The translations under genes were made by a program, and so were the position numbers. Positions 31,113 to 40,145 of a DNA stretch of 64,000 nucleotides are shown piece by piece. The stretch's first letter is position 1; every line of letters starts with the position of its first letter. The notes below the pieces were generated by a model, which made no database searches, was not told where the DNA came from, and worked only from the letters and a program-made list of their open reading frames with translations. Origin of the DNA: Deltaproteobacteria bacterium (lineage in GTDB: Bacteria > Desulfobacterota > Dissulfuribacteria > Dissulfuribacterales > UBA3076); NCBI GenBank assembly GCA_018399745.1, contig JAGYNZ010000013.1:65-64064 (forward strand), in the 5' to 3' direction.

Positions 31113-31607
31113 TCAGGATTCTTTGCCGGTAATTTGTAGAAAATGCCATGCCAAGAGAACCCCGCCGATGGTTATAGCAGAATCTGCAATGTTAAAGGCC
31201 GGCCAGTGGTATGAACCTATATAGAAGTCTAAAAAGTCAATGACAGATCTGTGGCGGATTCTGTCTATAAGGTTTCCCAGTGCCCCACCGAATACCAGAG
31301 AAGTTCCCCAAAAAAGTTGATAGCTGCGACTATGCGAGCTACGATAAAGATAAAGAAGGCCGCCGAGGGCGACCACGCTTACTATCTGGAAAAATATGTG
31401 ACGCCATTTATCAGATCCCGCCAGAAACCCAAAGGCAGCCCCTGTGTTGGTTATGTAGGTAATATTAAAAAATCCTTGAAAAACCGGTCTTACTTCATGG
31501 AGGTGAAGGTTGGAGACTATAATGGCCTTGGTGGCCTGATCTGAAAGTACAATTAGAAAAGCGACGAATAAAAAGGATTTTATGGAGAAGGGAATAGATT
31601 GGATCAT
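31113..31607 (-). CDS. lspA: Lipoprotein signal peptidase (signal peptidase II)
   Basis: 164 aa with 4 TM segments. Has the NTGAAFG and FNIADSAI motifs. Confidence 0.9.
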   Translation of the reverse strand: MIQSIPFSIKSFLFVAFLIVLSDQATKAIIVSNLHLHEVRPVFQGFFNITYITNTGAAFGFLAGSDKWRHIFFQIVSVVALGGLLYLYRSSHSRSYQLFWGTSLVFGGALGNLIDRIRHRSVIDFLDFYIGSYHWPAFNIADSAITIGGVLLAWHFLQITGKES

Positions 31608-32989
31608 GGTTCGGGGTTTTCCTGGTGTTTGTCGTTTTTGAGATCGTTGTATGGTTTGCTGTCTGGTGAAAGCAGCTTCATGGCCTTGTTCTTGTGATAT
31701 TGAGCAGATTGACGATTTCCTGTGGCCTTATAGTGGCGATAGAAATACTCGTGTGCCTCCCCCTGCCTTTCGAGGGCAGCGAAACATCTTCCCAGCTGCA
31801 AATAAATGCCTGCAGGATCAGGCCAGGATTTTTTCAGGGTGTTCAGTATGGGGAGTGCCTTAGATGGCTCTCCCTGCTCAAGATAGGCCCTGGCCAGAAA
31901 GAACTTGGCGGTTGAATCTCCAGGATGTCTTTCGCTGTATGGACCTAGTATGGAGACGGCCTTTTTATATTTTCCTGCTGCAAAGTAAGCCCTTCCCTGG
32001 TCTAGCTTAAATTCAGATTTTTCCGGGGCTGAAGACACAATATGGTCAAATGCCTTAATGGCTTTATCATAATCTCTGGCGGCAAGGAGCGATTGGGCAA
32101 GACCATAAAGGAGCAGTATATCATCTGGCGTGGTATTGAGTTCTTGCTTATAGTATTTTGTCATGACTATCGGATCATGAGTTAAGATCCTGGTTTTGAC
32201 CTGTAGCTTTCTCAACTTGAACCGGTCCTCCTGGACTTTTTGTAAACATCGCTCTCTTTCCCAAAGATCTTCCAGATAGGTTGTCCTCTCGCTGGCTCCC
32301 GGGTGAGTGGAAAGGTAACTGGGGATAGCGCTCGTCCCGAGCCAGCGATATTTCTGCATTTTCTTTAAGACAGTAATCAGTCCGCGGAAATCATGTCCGG
32401 CCTTGCATATCCATTGACATGCCCTCCTGTCTGCCTCTTCTTCATCTGTGCGGCTGTATTTAAGGGCGATAGACATATTTATGGCACCGGAAGTCGCAAA
32501 TATGGCAGAACCCGCCTCCCCCTGTCCCAAAAATAGTCCTGCTATAGCTATTGCGGCAGTCGCTATGTTTATCCGCTGCATTCGATCCATGCGCCTGGCT
32601 ATATGTCTTCCCTGAACGTGTCCTACCTCATGGGCCAAAACGCAAAGAAGTTCATTTTCACTATCTATAACTTCAAGCAGACCCGTATGCACGAATACGA
32701 GACCCCCAGGCATTGCAAAGGCATTCAATCCATCATCCTGTATGACAAAAAATTCGTAGTCAAAAAATTTTCCATCAACCTGGTCAAGCACTTTTTGGCC
32801 TACACGGCACACATAACCGACAATTTCCGGATCCTTTATCAGCGGGACCCGAGACTCAACCTGGTGCAACAATCTGTTCCCAAGTTCCCGTTCTTCCTCA
32901 ACCGACATCATGGCGGAAAGGGGGGAAGCCCAAATCATAGAGGCCAAGGTGAAAATACAAAGGTAAGAAAGGCAATTACACGTAAACAT
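31604..32989 (-). CDS. M48 family metalloprotease with C-terminal TPR repeats (BepA/YfgC-like)
   Basis: Has the HEVGH zinc motif and several TPR-like repeats. The start is placed at the internal Met MFTCNC..., which is followed by a signal-peptide-like segment. The track ORF extends to 33178. Confidence 0.75.
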   Translation of the reverse strand: MFTCNCLSYLCIFTLASMIWASPLSAMMSVEEERELGNRLLHQVESRVPLIKDPEIVGYVCRVGQKVLDQVDGKFFDYEFFVIQDDGLNAFAMPGGLVFVHTGLLEVIDSENELLCVLAHEVGHVQGRHIARRMDRMQRINIATAAIAIAGLFLGQGEAGSAIFATSGAINMSIALKYSRTDEEEADRRACQWICKAGHDFRGLITVLKKMQKYRWLGTSAIPSYLSTHPGASERTTYLEDLWERERCLQKVQEDRFKLRKLQVKTRILTHDPIVMTKYYKQELNTTPDDILLLYGLAQSLLAARDYDKAIKAFDHIVSSAPEKSEFKLDQGRAYFAAGKYKKAVSILGPYSERHPGDSTAKFFLARAYLEQGEPSKALPILNTLKKSWPDPAGIYLQLGRCFAALERQGEAHEYFYRHYKATGNRQSAQYHKNKAMKLLSPDSKPYNDLKNDKHQENPEP

Positions 32990-33264
32990 ATGGTTGTTTC
33001 GGCTGAAAAATCCGATCTGCTGCGCTGCTTCACTTTTAAAGCGACTACGATGTGCGCAAAATAAGTAAGTCTTGTATAATATATACGTTATTGTAACAGT
33101 CAAACATAACAGAGCGGATAAGTCTCGTGCGGGACAAATTTCGCGTCTCGCATCCCGGCCTTTTTTCAGTGCGATCATACGGTTAATTCTATGCGCAACA
33201 CATATTGAAATGATGTATTTTCATGTCCATTTAATTAAAAAACCACGTTTGCTTGATTATTGGA

Positions 33265-34077
33265 TTATGGAAGTCTTTTGTTTTTTGCATCTTTCCTTCT
33301 ACGACGCCTGGTCTTTTTCCATTCAGGGTCGCGATCTCTGAATTTTCTGTTCCTGTTTCTTTTGTCTGGCTCAGAAAATATTACGTGAGACGGTGTGTCG
33401 CGGAGTACAAAGCCCCCTATTTTCTCAAGCAGTGGTGCGCCGCCCCTTGGTATTTTTTTCCTGTCAAGCTTTTTCTCACTGAATTTGGACTCTTTGCCTT
33501 TATCTTTATCCCGAACAGGGGGGAGTGATGGCATGTTCATCCATTGAATATCCAATTCCTCAACAAGGTACATACCCTTGCCGGCCCTTCTGAAAACCAC
33601 ACCTGTCTCATGACACTTCAGGGCCTTTATTTCCGCTATAATCGGGTCCTTGTCTCTGCGCTTTCCGATTTTTAAGGCCATCTCCTTTTCTGTAGATAAT
33701 ACAATCCACTTCTTGTTATCACTTGACTGCAGACCACGAGCGATTACATGTGCATGAGCTTTTGGTCTTATGCTGACGTAAAGTAATTCCGGAGGTCGAG
33801 CTTCATTGTATATGGTAAGATCAGGGCGTTGTGATTCCGGTCTCACCCTGGCATATTTTTCCTTATATTCGAATTTTTCCGGCCTGTAGAGAGAAAAGAA
33901 TTGTATGAGGCGCCTCTGGGTAATATGGGGCATCCCTGTCTCTTCATTAAGTGCCTGATGAAGTTCTTTGATGGAAATCCATCCGCCTTTATCCAAGGCT
34001 ATTCCAAAGGCATCCGGCTGTCGCCCCAGGATGGCAAAAAGAATCTTCTCCAACCGCTTTAATGCTCGCCTATCCAT
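33265..34077 (-). CDS. Tpt1/KptA (RNA 2'-phosphotransferase)-like protein with divergent catalytic positions and a Lys/Arg-rich C-terminal tail
   Basis: 270 aa. [31 protein letters not shown] resembles KptA [88 protein letters not shown] resembles [56 protein letters not shown]. The KptA sequence is from memory. Confidence 0.55.
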   Translation of the reverse strand: [270 protein letters not shown]

Positions 34078-34206
34078 AACTCTTGCTTGTAATGATCAAT
34101 TTAATCCGATTCCCGGTATTCACTTACTTTGAAGAAAGCGGGTATTTATATTATGATCTGTATGATACAATAAACACTTAGAGGTTTTGTTGTATATTTT
34201 ATATAA

Positions 34207-34521
34207 ATGAGCATGAAAGATAAAGATACCTTTCTGTTTTCGGCACTTGTTGCCGAAGAAGATATTAAGAGAGAAAAAACCAAAGCCAGAGAGATCAGGC
34301 ACAGCCGGTGGTGGCACCAAAAGTGTGCCCAAGGGGTTTGTTTTTACTGTGGGAGCCGCGTAGGTCCCTCTAATCTTACAATGGATCATGTGGTTCCGCT
34401 GGTTCGTGGCGGTCGAAGCATTAAGAATAACCTGGTGCCGGCCTGTAAGGAATGCAATAACAACAAGAAATATCTGCTGCCCATGGAATGGGAAGAATAT
34501 CTTAAAAGGCGAGAGGAGTAA
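34207..34521 (+). CDS. Small HNH endonuclease family protein
   Basis: 104 aa. CFYCGSRVGPSNLTMDHVVPLVRGGRSIKNNLVPACKECNNNK is a complete HNH/CCCC zinc-finger nuclease motif. It ends 6 nt before the next gene. Confidence 0.8.
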   Translation: MSMKDKDTFLFSALVAEEDIKREKTKAREIRHSRWWHQKCAQGVCFYCGSRVGPSNLTMDHVVPLVRGGRSIKNNLVPACKECNNNKKYLLPMEWEEYLKRREE

Positions 34522-34527
34522 AGCATA

Positions 34528-35157
34528 GTGAAGGGCAACCTGTTTTTTCGGGCACTGGTTGGACTAAGACAAGAGACAACGTTTATTATGTTGATTGCCA
34601 GTGTTGTTTTTTGTCCCATATGGCAAGCTGTTGCAGCAACTGATGACACTGAAGTGGATAAAGCCTCTGTAGGAGACGATTACCTCATTGGTCCCACAGA
34701 CATTCTAGAGATACATGTCTGGAGAGAACCAGATCTGTCCCGCACAATACCTGTGCGTCCTGACGGCAAAATAACCTTGCCTTTATTGAATGATGTGCCG
34801 GCCTCCGGACTCACTCCCCTGGAGCTAAAGGCCGGAATTGAAAAGGGTTTGGCCAAATTTATAGAGTCTCCTACGGTATCAGTTACTGTGCAGGAAATAC
34901 ACAGTAAGAATATATTTGTGTTGGGACAGGTCGAATCGCCAGGTCAGTATCCACTTCAACAGGATCTGACAGTAGTTCAGGCACTTTCCCTGGCGGGAGG
35001 GCTTGCAGAGTGGGCTGATCAGGGTGGTATTGTTATTCTGCGCAAGGAAAATGGACAGCAAAGGCGAATCAAGTTTAATTACAAGGATGTTTCAAAGGGC
35101 AAACATCTGGAGGAAAACATAGTCTTAAAAGCAGGTGATACCATCATAGTGCCCTAG
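34528..35157 (+). CDS. Polysaccharide export protein (Wza-like Poly_export plus SLBB domains; PEP-CTERM-locus type)
   Basis: DYLIGPTDILEIHVWREPDLSRTIPVRPDGKITLPLLNDVPASGLTPLELK is the Poly_export signature. A probable signal peptide begins at internal Met 34588. Confidence 0.82.
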   Translation: MKGNLFFRALVGLRQETTFIMLIASVVFCPIWQAVAATDDTEVDKASVGDDYLIGPTDILEIHVWREPDLSRTIPVRPDGKITLPLLNDVPASGLTPLELKAGIEKGLAKFIESPTVSVTVQEIHSKNIFVLGQVESPGQYPLQQDLTVVQALSLAGGLAEWADQGGIVILRKENGQQRRIKFNYKDVSKGKHLEENIVLKAGDTIIVP

Positions 35158-35182
35158 CTTCTATGTCGTGAGGTAAGTCTAT

Positions 35183-36466
35183 ATGCAACCATTCGGTTTT
35201 TATCCTTTGTGGTTTTTAAAACGGGTCCTGCTCGCAGTAGTGATCGCTGTCTTGTTTTTTTCAGATTCCTGGGCGGAGTGGCGTTTTTTACCCGCACTTG
35301 ATCTGGAGGAGAGCTATGACAGCAACATATATCTGAGTTCCGACAACGAGACCTCTGACTTCATAACCAGACTCAGTCCTGAATTAAGACTGGAAGATGT
35401 CAGTGAAAACAGGACCTTTGCAGCCAGCTATATCATGAACCTCTATCATTTTGATCGTCATGATGAGAACAACTATATCGGGCACTCGGCCGATTTAAGC
35501 TGGGATCAGAGGCTCAGCCGGAATCTGTCATGGCATATAATGAATACATATTCCAGGTCCGAGGAACCGCTGGAAGATGATCCTGAGTATACAGGGGTAA
35601 GAGAGACAAGGAACATGTATACCAGAAACTCAGTAGATACCGGATTTACTTATCAGTTCGGCCGTGAGGACAGGGTGACCGTATCGTTTCTCGATACCCG
35701 TCTCCAAAACCGGGATCCGGATATTGAAGATGATGTTGAATATGGTCCCCGCCTGGACCTGGAATATTGGCTTAACCAGAGGCACGGACTCCTGCTGGGT
35801 TATTCCTGGAGCCGAATAGATTATGAACACGATCCATCCTACCAAATAGATGAGACTGCTGTTGGCTATCAGTGGCGCTGGTCTCCTCACACGACGCTGC
35901 ATCTGGACTACGGGCTCGTGCTTTTTTCGTCCAAGGCCCCGGCCGGGGAAGAGGGCGACGACTACGATGTGCAGAGTATAGCCGCAGGTTTTGATCATGA
36001 TTTCGGGCCGTTGTGGACCCTGACCGGCGCTTTTGGTTACTTTTTCTATAATCCCAAGGAATCAGAATCAAGTGATGGACCTGTGTATAATCTCACTCTG
36101 GGGCGCAGTTTTGCCAGGGGCTCTGTAACCCTCAGTGGTGAAGGGGGCTACAGGCTGGATTATTCCGGAGCAGAGGCGGAGGGTTTTACAGAGTACAGGG
36201 GCGTGTCCCTTTCGTCGACCTTCAGTATGTCTTCCCGGACCGAGCTGTATACATCCGCTTCTTACATGTATGAACAGGCGGAGGAAGAAGGGCGCACGAG
36301 AGAAGAATTCTGGGATGTATCATTAGGCATGTCCTATGAGATATCAACCTGGCTCACCGGGGTTGTCGAGTTGACCCAGCGGGAGAGAAATTCTTCCGAG
36401 GAAAGGAATGAATACCGGGACAGCCTGGTACTCTTGAGGCTCAGAGGCACCTATGAATGGAGATAG
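35183..36466 (+). CDS. Putative outer-membrane beta-barrel protein of the PEP-CTERM/EPS locus
   Basis: 427 aa with a signal peptide and an alternating Y/W/D/S-rich beta-strand pattern. Its position between the Wza-like and chain-length genes matches PEP-CTERM loci (TIGR03016-like, from memory). Confidence 0.55.
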   Translation: MQPFGFYPLWFLKRVLLAVVIAVLFFSDSWAEWRFLPALDLEESYDSNIYLSSDNETSDFITRLSPELRLEDVSENRTFAASYIMNLYHFDRHDENNYIGHSADLSWDQRLSRNLSWHIMNTYSRSEEPLEDDPEYTGVRETRNMYTRNSVDTGFTYQFGREDRVTVSFLDTRLQNRDPDIEDDVEYGPRLDLEYWLNQRHGLLLGYSWSRIDYEHDPSYQIDETAVGYQWRWSPHTTLHLDYGLVLFSSKAPAGEEGDDYDVQSIAAGFDHDFGPLWTLTGAFGYFFYNPKESESSDGPVYNLTLGRSFARGSVTLSGEGGYRLDYSGAEAEGFTEYRGVSLSSTFSMSSRTELYTSASYMYEQAEEEGRTREEFWDVSLGMSYEISTWLTGVVELTQRERNSSEERNEYRDSLVLLRLRGTYEWR

Positions 36467-36541
36467 GCGCCGATGCGACAAAAGACAAAAAAATGATACC
36501 CGAAAACTCGAATTTCTTCAAAGGGCTCAAGATCAAAGGCC

Positions 36542-38155
36542 ATGGCGACTGAACCGGGCGGACAAAAGTCCATAGACATTTATTCATACCTTTCCCTGCT
36601 TTTTCGCAGGAAGTGGGAAATCATCCTGGGTATGATCCCGTTTCTAACAGCAGGTGTGCTTTACTGTCTTTTCGCTACCAAGATTTACAGTACCAGCACT
36701 ACCATAGTAGTGGTGCCCCAGCGGGTGCCCGAGGCGTATGTGCGGTCCACGGTTACTGGAGACATTGATGAGCGCATCAGGGGTATATGGCAGGAGGTCA
36801 CCAGCCGGACGAGCCTTGAGCGGATCATTGAACAATTCGACCTCTATAGCGAGGCCAGAGATAACCTTCCAATGGAGACAGTTGTAGAGGTAATGAGAAA
36901 CAGGATCAAAATAGACAGTCCCAGCGCAGCCCGTACAAACGCATTTATTCTGTCTTATGAAGGGAAGGATCCTGTTGTCGTCACCAGGGTGGTCAATGCC
37001 CTGGCCAACATGTTTATCGAAGAAAATCTTCAATTACGGGAGACGCAGGCCAGGGGCACGGCGGAGTTTCTGTCGGAAGAGCTGGAAAAGGTCTACATTG
37101 AGTTGAAACGCCGGGAAGAGGCACTCAAGCAGTACAAGATGGAACACATGGGAGAGCTCCCTGAGCAGCGGGACAGTAACCTGGCAATGCTCCAGCGTCT
37201 TCAGGAAGAAGTTGAGACCCTGCAGGAAAATATCAGGAGTGCTGAGGACAGAAAGTTATTATTACAGCGCCAGATTGCAGAAGAACGGAGTAATCTGCGT
37301 TTGGCATCTGAACTGGCCGGTCCCGGGGAGGGTACAGCCCCGCAGGCCCCGACCACCCTGGAGGGCCTCAGGGAAAGACTTAAATCGCTCAAGGTCCGAT
37401 ATACTGATACCCATCCGGATGTTGTGGGCGTCAAAAATCTTATCGCCAAGCTGGAGAAAGAGCAGGATATCCAGAATCTGGAATCTGATAACGCAGAGAC
37501 GGTAGAAGATATGGAAACCGTCACTCTGCCTGACGCAGGAAGCCCTGTGAACCCAGTCATCGTGGGGCTTCAGTATCAGGTGAAAGGTCTGGAGTTTGAT
37601 ATCAGGTCATCAAGGGAGGCCTGTGACAAGATCCGGAAACAGATAGTTGTGTATCAGAAGCGCATTGAGAACACGCCCAGGAGGGAACAGGAGCTGCTTG
37701 ACCTTACACGCGACTATGAAAACCTGAGGACTTCCTATGAAAACCTGTTGAATCGCAAGATAGAGGCCGAGCAGTCAGCAGCTCTGGAACGGAGGCAAAA
37801 GGGTGAGCAGTTCAGGGTGATTGATCCGGCCAGAATACCACAAACGTATTTCAAGCCGGATGTGAAAAAGATCCTGGCCATGGCCCTTGTTCTGGCGGCG
37901 GGCACAGGGCTGGGACTGGCCCTGGGCCGGGAGTATCTCGGCAATGTATTTTATGATCCAGGAGAAGTAAAAAAGGCTTTCAACATCTCTGTTCTGGCCT
38001 GTGTGCCCCTTCTTTTGACTGATGTGGAGAATCGAAAAAGGAGGCTTAATACCTTGTTTTTGAGCGCTTTGGCAATGGCTGGTTATGCAGTGATAACAGT
38101 CCTTTTATTCATTCTGTGGAGCAAGGGCCCCGGTGCCCTTGAAGGCCTTTTCTGA
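36542..38155 (+). CDS. Polysaccharide chain-length determinant protein (Wzz/GumC-like, PEP-CTERM locus type)
   Basis: 537 aa. It has an N-terminal TM segment, a long coiled-coil periplasmic region and C-terminal TM segments, the typical PCP family topology. Confidence 0.75.
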   Translation: MATEPGGQKSIDIYSYLSLLFRRKWEIILGMIPFLTAGVLYCLFATKIYSTSTTIVVVPQRVPEAYVRSTVTGDIDERIRGIWQEVTSRTSLERIIEQFDLYSEARDNLPMETVVEVMRNRIKIDSPSAARTNAFILSYEGKDPVVVTRVVNALANMFIEENLQLRETQARGTAEFLSEELEKVYIELKRREEALKQYKMEHMGELPEQRDSNLAMLQRLQEEVETLQENIRSAEDRKLLLQRQIAEERSNLRLASELAGPGEGTAPQAPTTLEGLRERLKSLKVRYTDTHPDVVGVKNLIAKLEKEQDIQNLESDNAETVEDMETVTLPDAGSPVNPVIVGLQYQVKGLEFDIRSSREACDKIRKQIVVYQKRIENTPRREQELLDLTRDYENLRTSYENLLNRKIEAEQSAALERRQKGEQFRVIDPARIPQTYFKPDVKKILAMALVLAAGTGLGLALGREYLGNVFYDPGEVKKAFNISVLACVPLLLTDVENRKRRLNTLFLSALAMAGYAVITVLLFILWSKGPGALEGLF

Positions 38156-38160
38156 ATCTT

Positions 38161-39186
38161 ATGTATCTCAGTTATTATGGATTAAATGAACAACCCTTTT
38201 CCATCTCGCCTGATCCAAAATTTTTATATCTCAGCGAAGTCCATCGTGAGGGACTGGCCAATCTGACCTATGGAATTGCTCAGAGAAAAGGCTTTGTAGT
38301 AATCACTGGTGAGGTGGGTACCGGTAAAACCACTTTAATATATACCCTCCTTGCGGAAGTTCCACAGAAAGTGAGGGTTGCCTTCATATCCAACCCCACC
38401 CTGACAAAAGAAGAGTTTTTTTATCTTTTAGCAGAGGCATATAAACTGGGCGAGATAGGGCACAAGGCCCATTTTCTGGTTAAGTTTACGCGGTTTTTAG
38501 AAAATGCTTACAGCCGTGATGAAAACGTTGTGCTGATCGTGGACGAGGCCCATTCTCTATCCCTCGAACTATTGGAGGAGATAAGGCTGCTTTCCAATCT
38601 GGAGACCTCTGCTAACAAGCTTGTAAACATAATCCTGGTTGGGCAACCCGAGCTTAATGAAAAATTCTCCAGACCTGAGATGAGGCCGCTGACGCAGCGC
38701 ATAACCTTGAGGTATCATTTGTCTTCCATGACCCTCGAGGACACGGCAAAATATATAGAGACCCGTTTGATAAGGTCCGGGGTTAAGGATCTCGACATCT
38801 TCACTGAGTCTGCGATACAAAGACTTTATGATTACGCCGGGGGTATTCCAAGACTGACAAATATATTCGCAGACCACGCACTCCTTACCGGGTATGTTAA
38901 AGAACTGAAACGGATTGATAAAAGAGTAATCGAGGAATGTGCGGCAGAACTCGGATTGTCCAGCAGTAAGGAGGAGGAAGTTACAGACAGTACCAGGATT
39001 CCGCCTTACCAAAGATACAGAGGCTTCATCAAAGCCATTTTGATTATATGTATATCATTAGGATTAATTGTTCTTTCGTGGGACGTGCTGATGAATGATG
39101 GGATTATAACCAGTAATATTTACAATATCTTTGACGAGGAAAGTCCCATAGCCGCACATGAGTTGACCGCGAATGATTCGAAATAA
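38161..39186 (+). CDS. ExeA-like AAA ATPase (PEP-CTERM/XrtA system-associated ATPase type)
   Basis: YYGLNEQPFSISPDPKFLY is an ExeA N-terminal signature. Walker A is GEVGTGKTT and Walker B is LIVDEAH. There is a C-terminal TM segment. Confidence 0.75.
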   Translation: MYLSYYGLNEQPFSISPDPKFLYLSEVHREGLANLTYGIAQRKGFVVITGEVGTGKTTLIYTLLAEVPQKVRVAFISNPTLTKEEFFYLLAEAYKLGEIGHKAHFLVKFTRFLENAYSRDENVVLIVDEAHSLSLELLEEIRLLSNLETSANKLVNIILVGQPELNEKFSRPEMRPLTQRITLRYHLSSMTLEDTAKYIETRLIRSGVKDLDIFTESAIQRLYDYAGGIPRLTNIFADHALLTGYVKELKRIDKRVIEECAAELGLSSSKEEEVTDSTRIPPYQRYRGFIKAILIICISLGLIVLSWDVLMNDGIITSNIYNIFDEESPIAAHELTANDSK

Positions 39187-39217
39187 CAAGTAAAATCGTT
39201 AAAAGGTACAGAGAAAA

Positions 39218-40069
39218 ATGGGTAAGATTGCCGATGCCTTGAAGAAGGCAGGGAAAGAGCATGTACCGATTCGGCACGACAGGGGTGTCAAGCCGGTCTA
39301 TCAAGACAGAATTTTGTCTGGGACAGATGTCCACACCGGTAAAGAGCCTGGATTTTCACCAAAGGTCCTGCAGGGCCCGGTTGATCCCAAGCTGGTGGTG
39401 TTTCGCGATCCCAAGTCTCCTGCTTCAGAGAACTTCAAGGTGCTCAGGTCCCAAATTCTTTATCCCAAGGACGGTATACGCCGCCGGGTGATACTTGTGA
39501 CCTCTGCCATGGAAGGTGCCGGCAAGACTACCGTAGCGTGCAACCTCTCAGTAAGTATTGCACAGAGTGTAGATCCTTATGTTCTCTTGATAGACGCTGA
39601 CATCAGGAGATCATCTGTATGCGGGATGCTGGGATTGGATCCAGGCGAAGGGCTTTCAGAATATCTTAACGGGAATCAGACCCTGTCCAAATACCTGATC
39701 AGGACTCCCATGACAAAGTTGACAGTTCTTCCTGCCGGCCGTTCAGTGACGAATCCCGCTGAACTTCTGACTTCCGCGAAAATGAGACACCTCTTTGAAG
39801 AGGCAAGGGAGAGATATTCGGATCGTTTTATCATCGTGGATTCTCCTCCTGTCAATCTTGCGGCCGAAACCCTGAACCTCTCTCAAAATGTCGATGCGGT
39901 GATTTTTGTAGTTCGTTACGGTTTTTCCGATAAGGATTTGATAGAAGAGGCCATTGCAAAAGTGGGTGAGGACAGGATACTGGGAATAGTCTTCAACTGT
40001 TTTGAAAGTCCGCCCGGGAGGTATTCCTACTATAAAAAGAGATATCCGTATTATAGCTCAAAATTATAA
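39218..40069 (+). CDS. BY-kinase-like tyrosine autokinase / chain-length regulator ATPase (CpsD/CapB family)
   Basis: Walker A is TSAMEGAGKTT and Walker A' is LLIDADIRR. The C-terminus has a Tyr cluster (YSYYKKRYPYY). Confidence 0.78.
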   Translation: MGKIADALKKAGKEHVPIRHDRGVKPVYQDRILSGTDVHTGKEPGFSPKVLQGPVDPKLVVFRDPKSPASENFKVLRSQILYPKDGIRRRVILVTSAMEGAGKTTVACNLSVSIAQSVDPYVLLIDADIRRSSVCGMLGLDPGEGLSEYLNGNQTLSKYLIRTPMTKLTVLPAGRSVTNPAELLTSAKMRHLFEEARERYSDRFIIVDSPPVNLAAETLNLSQNVDAVIFVVRYGFSDKDLIEEAIAKVGEDRILGIVFNCFESPPGRYSYYKKRYPYYSSKL

Positions 40070-40145
40070 CTCACTCAAATAATCATAATTGGTTCAAAAT
40101 AAGGAGTGTATTTGTGGGTAGTTCTTCTGCCTTGATGGTTTTTTT

